Shown in pieces: positions 17,208-27,242 of a DNA stretch of 64,000 nucleotides (position 1 is its first letter; each line of letters starts with the position of its first letter). The notes below the pieces were generated by a model. The model was not told the origin of the DNA. It saw only the letters and a list, made by a program, of their open reading frames with translations, and made no database searches. Made by a program: the position numbers and the translations under genes. This DNA comes from a bacterium (GTDB lineage Bacteria; Zhuqueibacterota; Zhuqueibacteria; Residuimicrobiales; Krinioviventaceae), in the NCBI GenBank assembly GCA_963675755.2, contig CAXXMD010000002.1, positions 1,280,001 through 1,344,000 of the forward strand, given 5' to 3'.

Positions 17208-18920
17208 TTAATTGATTTCAATATTATCAAGCGGTGAACCATCATCACGGGTTATACGGAGATACAATCCCCAGTTTAATTCTGAATTACAAACTTTGAT
17301 CAAAACCTTGTTCTCACCCTTGTTCAAACGGACAGGTAATATATCTGAATCGGGTGCGGCAGGGCGTTCAACATTTTTAGCCAACAGCTTTTGACTGTTA
17401 AACCACAATGTTGCCGTATCATTGGTACCCAGACGTATCTGTGCATGCTGATCTACCAGACTGGTTACAGTAATTGCTGCATATGCACAAACCCAATCGG
17501 TAGGTTGAAAATATTTTCTAAAATCAAGATATCCACTAATCGGATCAACTGTGCATTGCTGCCATTTTAATACTTTATCATTTATCGTATATTCCGAATG
17601 GACATCCATTTGCGATTCAGGGGGAAATGCAGTATCAAAATTATCACAGGCTTTACATCCAAAAGGACCCACAATATGGAATTCTGAAACAAACCCCAAT
17701 TCAGCATTGAACGCATCAACTTGTCGGTTTTTTGCAAGCATGGCAAGATTTTGAATTGCAGGAGTAGAGATCCATTTTTCTTTAACAACATTACGATATT
17801 TATCAATTTGGGGGTCTAAAGGCAATACGGAATTGCCCACCTTGCCATATTTTTCAACATCTGACTGATTAAACTGCCACCAGGTGGCACCATGCCCATA
17901 GATCCAGCAGTATTTTTTGCTGCCCAGCAGAATACCTGCATACTGATTTTGAAAATCCTCAACAGAAAAGCGACTGCTCTTGTCCGCATAAGAGCCAACC
18001 AGAGAATCACCAAAGGTCTCTTTTTTACCGGACCACCCTAAAAACTCGCCATCTTTATCAACGATTTCGCGGTAATAGCCAAGCGGCCAGCCCGCCAAAG
18101 AAACACCACACGTTTTCTTCCAGTAATCCTGCGCTTTGGGACTAATCGCATCCAAAATTTTGGATTCCAGCTCGAAAGCATAATGGATCAGCCCAAAGGT
18201 GCTTACCATATCATAAGACAATTCAGTCAACACAAACAAACCACCGGGAGCCTGTTGTACTGCCATCGCTTCCAGCCAACCGGTAAACAGTGCCTTTGCA
18301 ATGGGACCATAAAAGGTAATGCTTTCCGGCAGCGTGAGATAAACCATATCCGGATATTCAGCTAACATGGCGTTGACCATTTCACGTCCGCGTTTGTGAG
18401 CGGCAGCTATCAAGTCTTGTTGAGTATAACCGTTATAATCATACCCCTGCCAATCGAACTGATATTGTTCGTTGACATATTCAATATCCAGAGAAATCCC
18501 TTTACAACCGGAGAGTTTTGCAAATCGTGCAGCCTCTGCAAAATTCTTTATTATATCTTCCCAGGCGGCATTATCGGTCCAAAGGGGTACCTGTTTATAA
18601 AACGCGATTTTGATAAAATTATCCGTGATTCCGGCATTACGACAAATGTCATTACAATTTTTTATCCGTTGAAATGTAGCATCCGATTCATTTCGACTGG
18701 ACGGATCACCATCCTGTGCCCAGATATCATCGCCCCAATTGGCCATAATCCCAGACAACATGAATCCATCAAATCCATTCTGCTTCCACTCAACTGCCGT
18801 ATCCGCCAGATATTCGGGAGAAATAGGACTAAAGAGCAGAGTTTTGGGTAAATCCTGCTGTTTAGTATTTGTACAACATAAAAACATGGATACTGCGATG
18901 AAAACAAATAATTTCTTCAT
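17208..18920 (-). CDS. Hypothetical exported (lipo)protein: putative TIM-barrel plus C-terminal PA14-like module
   Basis: 570 aa. Lipoprotein-like signal (SMFLC|C). GISLDIEY. C-terminal IVGPF...GYLDF...LGTNDTATLWFN...LNKGENKVLIKV...WG module. Confidence 0.65.
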   Translation of the reverse strand: MKKLFVFIAVSMFLCCTNTKQQDLPKTLLFSPISPEYLADTAVEWKQNGFDGFMLSGIMANWGDDIWAQDGDPSSRNESDATFQRIKNCNDICRNAGITDNFIKIAFYKQVPLWTDNAAWEDIIKNFAEAARFAKLSGCKGISLDIEYVNEQYQFDWQGYDYNGYTQQDLIAAAHKRGREMVNAMLAEYPDMVYLTLPESITFYGPIAKALFTGWLEAMAVQQAPGGLFVLTELSYDMVSTFGLIHYAFELESKILDAISPKAQDYWKKTCGVSLAGWPLGYYREIVDKDGEFLGWSGKKETFGDSLVGSYADKSSRFSVEDFQNQYAGILLGSKKYCWIYGHGATWWQFNQSDVEKYGKVGNSVLPLDPQIDKYRNVVKEKWISTPAIQNLAMLAKNRQVDAFNAELGFVSEFHIVGPFGCKACDNFDTAFPPESQMDVHSEYTINDKVLKWQQCTVDPISGYLDFRKYFQPTDWVCAYAAITVTSLVDQHAQIRLGTNDTATLWFNSQKLLAKNVERPAAPDSDILPVRLNKGENKVLIKVCNSELNWGLYLRITRDDGSPLDNIEIN

Positions 18921-18942
18921 GACCCCATCCTGTTTTAATATT

Positions 18943-19341
18943 TTATTTGTTTAACCACTGAACAAACTCGAGCACATTATTATCCGGATCAGTTATATAC
19001 AGCCAGGTTACCATATCAGGAATCAGCATGGGCCCTTTGAGTATATCTATTTGTGCGGATTTTAACTTTTTCACCAATTCATCCAGGTTATCTGTACCAA
19101 TGGCCATATGCGGACTGTAAGGTGGTTTGATTTCATTTTCAGGCGCCGGAATGGGCTGATTTTGCTCATCCAAAAGTTGCAGCAACTCGATATTGCATCC
19201 ATCGAGTTTCAAAAAAGCAAATGCCTCGTGATGTTCCTCATCCACGGTTTTAGACATGAGCTCTAGTCCCAGTTTTTCCTGGTAAAATTTTATTGAAACG
19301 TCCAGATCAGAGACCTGAAACGCAAAATGATCAGCAAACAT
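18943..19341 (-). CDS. VOC/glyoxalase family protein
   Basis: DHFAFQVSDLDVSIKFYQEKLGL, IELL, HMAI, DPDNNVLEF. Start ATG 19341 after GGAGG. Confidence 0.88.
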   Translation of the reverse strand: MFADHFAFQVSDLDVSIKFYQEKLGLELMSKTVDEEHHEAFAFLKLDGCNIELLQLLDEQNQPIPAPENEIKPPYSPHMAIGTDNLDELVKKLKSAQIDILKGPMLIPDMVTWLYITDPDNNVLEFVQWLNK

Positions 19342-19357
19342 TAGGTTCCTCCAGTTC

Positions 19358-21925
19358 TTACTCGATACTATCCATGAGATCATGAAATTCTTTACTACGC
19401 AATTGATGGCGTTCAGCATAATGGGTAATACCTTCCCGTTCTACAATTTCACAAAAACGGGTATAACTTCCATCGTGCTTTGATTGCTGTGGAAAATATA
19501 AACATTTGAGATACAATATTGGCAAACGGGCCATTTCTACACGCTCCAAAACATCCTGGTTGTCCGCAATGACTTCAGCACGATCAAAAATTTCACCGGC
19601 TTGAATAATAAAAGATTCGGTAAATATCTTGTCTTCCGGTTTCATAAATAAATGGATATGCGTTAAAGGTGTTACAAGCCCTTGCAGCAGATCATAATAT
19701 TCACGAATAAACTGTCCGCTGCGCCCATAATAACCATAGATAAAGTCATTTACGACTGTTTCCACATCACAATCCGGGTTCCAAAGTAATTTAGAGATCA
19801 AATAGGCCCGCAGCTCGGCAAACTCACCACCGCGACTCTGATATGCCGCCTGCTCCATAATCCCGATTGCGTTATTCTCCTGAAAGGTCTTTATATTTTC
19901 CTGCAATACCCCAAAATTGGGATACGGCATAATATAATGACCGAAATTCACAACATAATCCCAAATGTACATATGCGGCGCAATAGCAGACCAGCCCTGA
20001 AGATCATCCATAAAAGACTGGTTCAACGAACAGGATTTAAAATCATGTGAAAAACAGCATTCAATACTGCATAAACGGATGACCACATTTTCCCGCGGCT
20101 TTATATTTTTACAGGGCTTACGGGTATATTGATAGGCAAGTGTACCTACATATTTGTCTGGAAATTCTTTTTCAATCTCTTTTGCGATCTTGTTCACAAA
20201 CCAGATCAACGGCCCGGCTTCACTTTCTTCTTTTCGTGCGATTTTCTGGCAATTTTCACATTGACAGGGATTTCGCCAGTCGTTCTGCGACACAGAATAA
20301 ATTAAACAATCGGGATTGTCCCGCATTGCCTGTTTGAGGCGGTTCGTAACAATTTTAAAAACATCCGGATTGGTGAGACACAGCTGCGCATGATCATGGA
20401 CACGTTTGCCATCGATCAAGCTGTAATATTCCGGGTGTTCATCATAAAATTCTGTCGGGGGCATAAACCGATAAAATGTGTGAACAGCCCAATATCCCTC
20501 AACACCGCCGGGTTGTTTACGACTGCCCATAGCGCCGTTTACCCGGTTGCGCGCTGCCCATACCGGATCAAAGGCTTCATAATAAAAATCGTTACGTACA
20601 CGTATGCCCGGGGATTCATGGTTATATAAATAAGTGAATTCATATTTATCTTTTTCAGGAACATTTGTTACCTGCGGAGTATACCAGCGTAAACCCAGCT
20701 CATTTTCCAAAAAGCTAAGCACACCATACATAGTGCCACGTTGACTGCCGCCCCAGATAAAAACATGAGGACCCATATTCTTGTAGGTAAATGCTTCTGA
20801 CAAAGCTTCCGATTTGTGCATATCATCCGGAAACATCTTCAACACATCCGGATGACATCCAACAACGATGGATGGGATTGACTCTTTAAATTGGTTTACA
20901 ATGGGGAAAAAAGCACCACTGACTTTGTTGAGCCAATGTTGAAGTTCACGTGCAGCCCATTGTTCGGATTCTGACGCGTTATTATCTACAACAATAGCAT
21001 ATTTTGTTTTGCGGTCGTTGAAAAGCTCAAAAACCTGACGATTACCCGCACTAAATGTATGGGATTCCTGGAATAACTGGCCATCAATAAACTGTGCCGT
21101 AATTGACAACTTGAATTCTGCGTATCGTTCTGTCGGGACAGAAAGGACCATGTCCTGTTCGGTTTCTAGTTTACCTTGCCATATAACTGACTCTGGAGCA
21201 AATTTGGGAGTTATGGTAACAAGATTTTCCTTAAACAATGAGGCTAAATTGCGTTTATCATATTTAAAATGCAGAACCGGTTTAGCATCCATAGTTAAAA
21301 CAGTGAAAAAAGATCCCGCCCCTAAATCCGAATCAAAAGATAAGAATCGGGTACAAAACGCCCAGACATTACCCAACTCCTCTACCTTGAGTAGTAATGT
21401 ATTTTTTCCCTTTTTTATAACAACGGGGACCAGTCCTTCATCAGGATTTAGTCCGCCGGGTCTTGCTTCGTCCCAAACCAACATACCGTTAAACCAGACC
21501 CTTCCGCCATCATTACAGGCAACGGACAAATAACATATCTGTTCCTTTTCGGCAAAAATCTCCCTATACGCATAAGCGCAAACATTTTCATCAGTAGAAA
21601 CAAAATCATCCAGAACAATGACAGAATCCGGTGCAACAATCTCTTTAAAAGCCAGCTTTTCTCCATTTACAGAAATCACCGTCCCTGCTGTTATATCAGG
21701 ATTTTCTTCTCCTCCGATACCTGCGAGGTAATCGGTTTCAAATCCCGGGATGTGTTGTTGGTCCAGTTCATTATCTTTGGGAGATTCTAGATGAATAGGC
21801 CCGCAAACAGTCCATTCTTTCATCCACTTTCCCATTTCAAACTCATACCCGGCAGCAAAAAGATTTACTGATAAAAATACAAATAAAATTAATATCAGAA
21901 AATTGTGTCTAGATCTCATCATCAC
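19358..21925 (-). CDS. DUF4838 (GH163-like) putative glycoside hydrolase with an N-terminal PA14-like module, paralog 1
   Basis: GH20b-like domain (RGTMYGV.SFLE..LG.RWYTP), HTFYRFMPP..FYDEHPEYYSL, QLCLTNPDV, SVSQND..CQC..C, TLAYQYT, YIWDY, KLLWNPD. Confidence 0.82.
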   Translation of the reverse strand: MMMRSRHNFLILILFVFLSVNLFAAGYEFEMGKWMKEWTVCGPIHLESPKDNELDQQHIPGFETDYLAGIGGEENPDITAGTVISVNGEKLAFKEIVAPDSVIVLDDFVSTDENVCAYAYREIFAEKEQICYLSVACNDGGRVWFNGMLVWDEARPGGLNPDEGLVPVVIKKGKNTLLLKVEELGNVWAFCTRFLSFDSDLGAGSFFTVLTMDAKPVLHFKYDKRNLASLFKENLVTITPKFAPESVIWQGKLETEQDMVLSVPTERYAEFKLSITAQFIDGQLFQESHTFSAGNRQVFELFNDRKTKYAIVVDNNASESEQWAARELQHWLNKVSGAFFPIVNQFKESIPSIVVGCHPDVLKMFPDDMHKSEALSEAFTYKNMGPHVFIWGGSQRGTMYGVLSFLENELGLRWYTPQVTNVPEKDKYEFTYLYNHESPGIRVRNDFYYEAFDPVWAARNRVNGAMGSRKQPGGVEGYWAVHTFYRFMPPTEFYDEHPEYYSLIDGKRVHDHAQLCLTNPDVFKIVTNRLKQAMRDNPDCLIYSVSQNDWRNPCQCENCQKIARKEESEAGPLIWFVNKIAKEIEKEFPDKYVGTLAYQYTRKPCKNIKPRENVVIRLCSIECCFSHDFKSCSLNQSFMDDLQGWSAIAPHMYIWDYVVNFGHYIMPYPNFGVLQENIKTFQENNAIGIMEQAAYQSRGGEFAELRAYLISKLLWNPDCDVETVVNDFIYGYYGRSGQFIREYYDLLQGLVTPLTHIHLFMKPEDKIFTESFIIQAGEIFDRAEVIADNQDVLERVEMARLPILYLKCLYFPQQSKHDGSYTRFCEIVEREGITHYAERHQLRSKEFHDLMDSIE

Positions 21926-21976
21926 TCCAAAATAATTTATAATTTAAACTTTCAATATTGAGCCTGTTAATCTGAC

Positions 21977-24538
21977 CTATTTAGCGTATTCCATGAGTTG
22001 ATGAAACGCATTTTTATGTTCCAAGCCATGTTCTGCGTAATGCGTAATTCCCTCCCTGTCCGATATCTCACAAAAACGGGAATATGTCCCATCCTGTTTG
22101 GATTGCAGGGGGTATCGCAAACATTTTAAATACATCAACGGCAGTCTGGCCATTTCAACACGCTGCAGTAATTCCAGATTATCGGCAACAGCTTCAGCTT
22201 TATCAAATATCTTATCCGCATTTGCTATAAATGAATCCGGGAAAATCTTGTCATCAGGTTTTAAACCGAGGTGAATATGCGTTAACGGGGTTACCAGTCC
22301 ATGCAACAGATCAAAATATTCTTTTACATACTGGCCGCTGCGTCCATAATATCCATACATAAAGTCATCAATTACCGCATCTACATCACAATCGGGATTC
22401 CACAAGAGTTTCGAAATTACATAAGCACGCAGTTCAGCAAACTCGCCACCACGACTCTGATAAGCAGCCTGCTCCATGATTCCGATGGAATTATTTTCAC
22501 GGAATGTTTTAATATTTTCCTGTAATACCCCAAAGTTGGGATATGGCAAAGTGTAGTGGCTAAAATTTACTACATAATCCCATATATACATATGCGGAGC
22601 AATCGCTGACCAGGCTTGCAGATCATCCATAAAGGATTGATTTTCAGGGCAGGATTTAAAGTCATGGGCAAAACAGCACTCGATACTACACAACCGGATA
22701 ACGACATTTTCCCGTGGCTTTATGTTTTTACAGGGTTTGCGGGTATATTGATACGCAAGTGTTCCCACATATTTATCTGGAAATTCTTTTTCAACTTCTT
22801 TAGCTACCTTGTTGACAAACCAGATTAACGGACCTGCTTCAGTCTCTTCTTCCTTTGCGATTTTCTGACAATGTTCGCACTGGCAGGGATTATGATAGTC
22901 ATTTTGTGATACAGAAAAAATCAAGCAATCCGGATTTTCCCGCATCGCTTGCTTGAGGCGTTTTGTGATAATCTTGAACACATCAGGATTGGTAAGGCAG
23001 AGTTGAGCGCGTTCATGAATACGTTTGCCATCAATCAAGCTATAGTATTCCGGATGCTCATCATAAAATTCTGTCGGAGGCATAAATCGATAAAAGGTAT
23101 GCACGGCCCAGTAGCCTTCCACACCGCCGGGTTGTTTACGGCTATCCATTGCACCATTCACACGGTTTCTCGCCGCCCATATAGGGTTAAAAGCTTCATA
23201 ATAAAAATCATTACGTACACAGATACCCGGTGCTTCCTGATGATAAAGATAATCAAAAGTATATTTTGCTTTTTCAGGAACAATTGTAACAGCAGGAGTA
23301 TACCACCGTACACCAAATTCATTTTCCAGAAAGCTGAATATACCATACATGGTACCGCGTTGACTGCCGCCTAAAATAATAATATGCTGACCGACATTTC
23401 TATAGATAAAAGATTCGTCCATTTTATCGGGCTTATTAACCAGAGTGGGAAATGCTTTATTCACATCAGGATGATAACCCACAACGACAGAAGGCCGGGA
23501 CACGTCAAAATCATTTACAATTGGGAAATAAGCTCCACTAATTTGCTCCGACCAGCTTTGTAGCTCTTTTGCGGCCCATTGTTCAGAATCCGATGCATTT
23601 TTATCAACTACAATTACATAAGATGTTTTCAAGTCGCTAAAAAGCTCAAATAACTGCCTGTCTCCCACACTAAAATTATATGACTCTTTCCAACTCTGTC
23701 CATCAGGGAACCTGGCAGTAAAGGTCATATTGTATCTTTCATACAATTCCGAATTGATTGGTAACGTCATTTCTTTAACTGCCTGCAAAGGTCCTTGCCA
23801 GACAATTGTATCAGGGCTCCTCATCAAAGACACAACAATATTGGTATCATGAAATAATGATGATAAACCGCCTTCTTCAAATTTGTAACGCAATATCGCC
23901 TGTGAATCCCGATTTATCATTTCAAAATATGAAACAGGGCGAATTTTTGATTCTATTGGTAAAAAACGAGCACAAAACGCCCACACATTGGCGCGTTCTT
24001 CAACTTTGAAAAGCAGTGTATTTTTTCCCTTTTTCAACAAAACAGGCAATAAAATATCATCCGCTATTACTCCCCTTGGTTCGGGACGGTCCCAGATTTG
24101 GGTCCCGTTTAACCACACACGACCTCCGTCATTACAACCCAGAGACAAAAAGCAAATCTGCTCTTTAGGAGAATTAATTTCCCGGTACATATAGGCACAG
24201 ACAATATCTTTTTTACTTATAAAATCATCCAGACTAACAACAGAATCAGTTGCAGCAATATCTTTAAATGTCAAAGTATTACCATTCACAGATATGTTTT
24301 GACCGTTTACAATGTTTGGATTACTCTCACCACCTATACTAACTAGATAATCGGTTTCAAATCCGGGAATATGCTCCTGAGTGAGATCGGATTGATTGCC
24401 AACTTGAAGCTGGATGGGACCACAAACGGTCCATTCTTTCATCCACTGGCCCATTTTTAAATCTGCGCTAAATGCACATATATTTACAAGCAGTAAAAAA
24501 AACAATACGTCTAAAAGGGTGCGGTGTATTGCTCGCAT
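21977..24538 (-). CDS. DUF4838 (GH163-like) putative glycoside hydrolase with an N-terminal PA14-like module, paralog 2
   Basis: Same motifs and length as the adjacent gene, with a near-identical catalytic region. Tandem duplicate. Confidence 0.82.
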   Translation of the reverse strand: MRAIHRTLLDVLFFLLLVNICAFSADLKMGQWMKEWTVCGPIQLQVGNQSDLTQEHIPGFETDYLVSIGGESNPNIVNGQNISVNGNTLTFKDIAATDSVVSLDDFISKKDIVCAYMYREINSPKEQICFLSLGCNDGGRVWLNGTQIWDRPEPRGVIADDILLPVLLKKGKNTLLFKVEERANVWAFCARFLPIESKIRPVSYFEMINRDSQAILRYKFEEGGLSSLFHDTNIVVSLMRSPDTIVWQGPLQAVKEMTLPINSELYERYNMTFTARFPDGQSWKESYNFSVGDRQLFELFSDLKTSYVIVVDKNASDSEQWAAKELQSWSEQISGAYFPIVNDFDVSRPSVVVGYHPDVNKAFPTLVNKPDKMDESFIYRNVGQHIIILGGSQRGTMYGIFSFLENEFGVRWYTPAVTIVPEKAKYTFDYLYHQEAPGICVRNDFYYEAFNPIWAARNRVNGAMDSRKQPGGVEGYWAVHTFYRFMPPTEFYDEHPEYYSLIDGKRIHERAQLCLTNPDVFKIITKRLKQAMRENPDCLIFSVSQNDYHNPCQCEHCQKIAKEEETEAGPLIWFVNKVAKEVEKEFPDKYVGTLAYQYTRKPCKNIKPRENVVIRLCSIECCFAHDFKSCPENQSFMDDLQAWSAIAPHMYIWDYVVNFSHYTLPYPNFGVLQENIKTFRENNSIGIMEQAAYQSRGGEFAELRAYVISKLLWNPDCDVDAVIDDFMYGYYGRSGQYVKEYFDLLHGLVTPLTHIHLGLKPDDKIFPDSFIANADKIFDKAEAVADNLELLQRVEMARLPLMYLKCLRYPLQSKQDGTYSRFCEISDREGITHYAEHGLEHKNAFHQLMEYAK

Positions 24539-24561
24539 TTCGACTCCGGTGTTTGGGTAAA

Positions 24562-24593
24562 AGCCGGGACAGGGGTAGAGCGCAGTCCCGGCT
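24562..24593. other. Intergenic GC-rich hairpin inside the operon
   Basis: AGCCGGGAC-14 nt-GTCCCGGCT between the DUF1080 stop and the DUF4838 start. No U-tract. Confidence 0.55.
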
Positions 24594-24601
24594 GGGTAAT
24601 A

Positions 24602-25195
24602 TTATTTACTTAAATCACGATAATAGAGGTCTTTGGCTTCAATGGTCATACCAGGATTATGGCCCTGAATTGCAAAATGACCTTTGGTGTATTCCGTATC
24701 TTCCCAATCTGTCATTAATTGATCATTGATCCAGATCTGAATGTGGCTGCCAACAGCTTTAACTTTCATGGTAAACCATTCTTCATCTTTGGTAACCAGT
24801 TCTTTGGCCTTACCGGTGGGGGTACCGGGTTTCCACAGCCAACCGGTAAAAGCATCGCCCCTATTGGTAATTTGTGCTTCATAACCACGGGGGAAACCAT
24901 CCGGATTATCTTCAGGGGGATTTGCGCGGAAATAAAGTCCACTGTTTCCTTCCGCACTGACTTTGAACGTGCCTTTTACTTCAAGATCGGTCAAAACAGG
25001 ATCCGCGTAAATATGGCCCATTCCACCTTCTCCAACCAATACTCCATCAACCACTTTCCATTCTGCTTTACCTCGTACGGTCCATCCATCAAGATTTTCA
25101 CCGTTAAACAAAGATACCCATTCAGGTTCTTTTTCAACCGCACATGACATGAACATAGCTGATAGCAGTACAGTCAACAACAAGATTTTTTTCAT
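24602..25195 (-). CDS. DUF1080 lipoprotein (3-keto-glycoside hydrolase/hydratase family)
   Basis: Real start ATG 25195 (MKKILLL...FMS|C) after AGGAGAGG. WVSLFNGENLDGW, GNSGLYFR, GYEAQI, GHFAIQGH. Confidence 0.85.
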   Translation of the reverse strand: MKKILLLTVLLSAMFMSCAVEKEPEWVSLFNGENLDGWTVRGKAEWKVVDGVLVGEGGMGHIYADPVLTDLEVKGTFKVSAEGNSGLYFRANPPEDNPDGFPRGYEAQITNRGDAFTGWLWKPGTPTGKAKELVTKDEEWFTMKVKAVGSHIQIWINDQLMTDWEDTEYTKGHFAIQGHNPGMTIEAKDLYYRDLSK

Positions 25196-25235
25196 TGTCC
25201 CTCTCCTTGTAAAAAGTAAATGTAACAGGTTATTA

Positions 25236-26312
25236 TTAATTATATTTTTTTGAAATTTCTTTACACGAATTAATAAAAAATAAAATTCTATCATCAGGGG
25301 TACCGGCTTCGATATCAGCGGCAACAATATCACAGGGACCATATTCCTTTGCAATTCTATCCAGATCTGCCAGGATTTCCTGATGCGATTTATTCGCAAG
25401 GTCCATAGGCGTATACATGATAGCGCGACGTGCATGGGGAAACAACTCTCTGGCTTTAACCAAATCCGAATGCAGCCCCATATCAATATAACCGACATTG
25501 GGGATTTCAGCATAACTTTCAAGATAGGGATCAGCAGTCCATGCGCAATTGTGAATACCAATACATCCAAATTCTTTTGCAAGTCGTTTATCAAATGGCA
25601 GCACAAATTCTCGATACAGATCCGCAGATAACATGTTTACCAGACAATTACTGATGGTAAAAAATGACACATTGAAACCGGAATCCTCCTGAATTTTGTA
25701 GAGGCGCTTTGTTGCTTCTGTCATGGTATTATAAACACATTCAAACAAGTGCATAACCTGCTCAGGACGTTCATACATGTCCATAAATAATTGCTGGCCC
25801 CTCAAACGCTGGGCATTGTTCAAAATACCCTGCCAGTTGATATAACCGGCTACGCTCCCTTGCATCTCTTTGATTTGTTCAACCTGCTCCAGCAGTGCAT
25901 TGAAAAATGGATTGCTATCCAGATCAGGAGGATCAAGTTCGGACATTTGTTCATCCGTAAAATAATTTGCTTCACAGGCAGGCCAATTCTGCTTTTCATA
26001 TCGGATTGGAATCCCATAAATGCCGGCAATAGTACAGGCGCCATATGTACCTGTCAATAAATCCAGGGGTAAATCCGTATTGCCGATATGTGTATCAGGA
26101 AACCGTTGATTCAGTATCCGTCGCATATCAAGAACAGATTCTTTGCGATATACTGGATCAGTATGCCAACGTTCACCAAAATCAATATCCAGATATTGAC
26201 GATACCATGCCGGAGTAAATCCGATTTCGGGGCGCAGATAGGGTAATTCTCCATCAACCGGACGGCGTGTAGCCGGTGCAGAAGGTGCAATATAACTAGA
26301 GAGTTGGTTCAA
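25236..26312 (-). CDS. Uroporphyrinogen decarboxylase / MtaA-CmuA superfamily protein
   Basis: QGILNNAQRLRGQQLFMDMYERPE, NMLSADLYREFVLPFD, IHNCA, DIEAGTPDDRI. TTG start. Confidence 0.72.
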   Translation of the reverse strand: MNQLSSYIAPSAPATRRPVDGELPYLRPEIGFTPAWYRQYLDIDFGERWHTDPVYRKESVLDMRRILNQRFPDTHIGNTDLPLDLLTGTYGACTIAGIYGIPIRYEKQNWPACEANYFTDEQMSELDPPDLDSNPFFNALLEQVEQIKEMQGSVAGYINWQGILNNAQRLRGQQLFMDMYERPEQVMHLFECVYNTMTEATKRLYKIQEDSGFNVSFFTISNCLVNMLSADLYREFVLPFDKRLAKEFGCIGIHNCAWTADPYLESYAEIPNVGYIDMGLHSDLVKARELFPHARRAIMYTPMDLANKSHQEILADLDRIAKEYGPCDIVAADIEAGTPDDRILFFINSCKEISKKYN

Positions 26313-26315
26313 AAA

Positions 26316-27233
26316 TCATTTTCCTTTGATGTCAAGGCTGGTGATTAACTCAATAACACGATTGATCAACAAATCAGCAGTTTTTTCATGGATTGTATCA
26401 AAAGTCAGAATTGGTTCCCTGACATTTGAGGTTTCGTATATTCCCTGCTTGTATAGCAGTCGTTTAAAAAAATGTATGGATATATCCAAATGTTGATTAG
26501 CAAATGCAAGAACGGGCAATAGTTTGTAAAACAGGGATTTTGCCTGTTCAATTTTATTCTCTTTATATAATCTGTAAATTTCACAATAAATCTCATGCAT
26601 ACCGGTGGGCATGAATGCATGCACACCCCGGTCCAATCCTTCTATCATTTGCTGAACCGCCCAACCTCCGGAGACGTTCAATCTGTCCTGGGTTGCGGCT
26701 AGAATCTCGCTGTATTTTATGCCTGCGGGCACGACTTCAATTTTCAAGCACCTGAATGCATCAACCGTATCAAACAAATCGCAGATCAATGGGACCGGCA
26801 AACCATATCCGCCAAAATCCCAGTCCTGCAGCATGATCATATCAACATCCATATCTGCTATGCGATAAAGATCAGATTTGTATTGATTTTCATTCTGAAA
26901 CGGTATTTGCAGCAGAATATTTTTACAACCCGTTTGAATCAGATCCTGAACAATCTGAACGCGTTTATCAGCATCCAGTTCACCCGCTCCGCCAATGACC
27001 GGCACTCTGTTATCGACCTGTTCCACTACTGTGGAGACAATGTCGCTTCGTTCTTTACGGGATAATTTATACACTTCGGATGCCATTGCCGGTACCAGAA
27101 ATCCACCAACACCGGCCTGGATAGCATTTTCCACATTTCGCTTTAATCCGGAAAAATCTATCCGATCATCTCTAGTAAATGGAGTATTGAGTACCGTAAC
27201 AATCCCAAACAAGGGATATAATTCTTTTATCAT
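26316..27233 (-). CDS. DapA/NAL-superfamily protein resembling 2-keto-3-deoxy-L-arabinonate dehydratase (AraD-type)
   Basis: NTPF....IDF, AMASE in place of GxxGE, RVPVIGG, IMLQD in place of the catalytic Tyr, Schiff-base LKIE. Confidence 0.75.
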   Translation of the reverse strand: MIKELYPLFGIVTVLNTPFTRDDRIDFSGLKRNVENAIQAGVGGFLVPAMASEVYKLSRKERSDIVSTVVEQVDNRVPVIGGAGELDADKRVQIVQDLIQTGCKNILLQIPFQNENQYKSDLYRIADMDVDMIMLQDWDFGGYGLPVPLICDLFDTVDAFRCLKIEVVPAGIKYSEILAATQDRLNVSGGWAVQQMIEGLDRGVHAFMPTGMHEIYCEIYRLYKENKIEQAKSLFYKLLPVLAFANQHLDISIHFFKRLLYKQGIYETSNVREPILTFDTIHEKTADLLINRVIELITSLDIKGK

Positions 27234-27242
27234 TTAATCGAT

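Noticed and set aside
25196-25606. N-terminal extension of the 334-aa ORF 24602..25606
   Set aside because: It overlaps the UroD-like gene in another frame. The RBS and lipoprotein signal place the real start at 25195.
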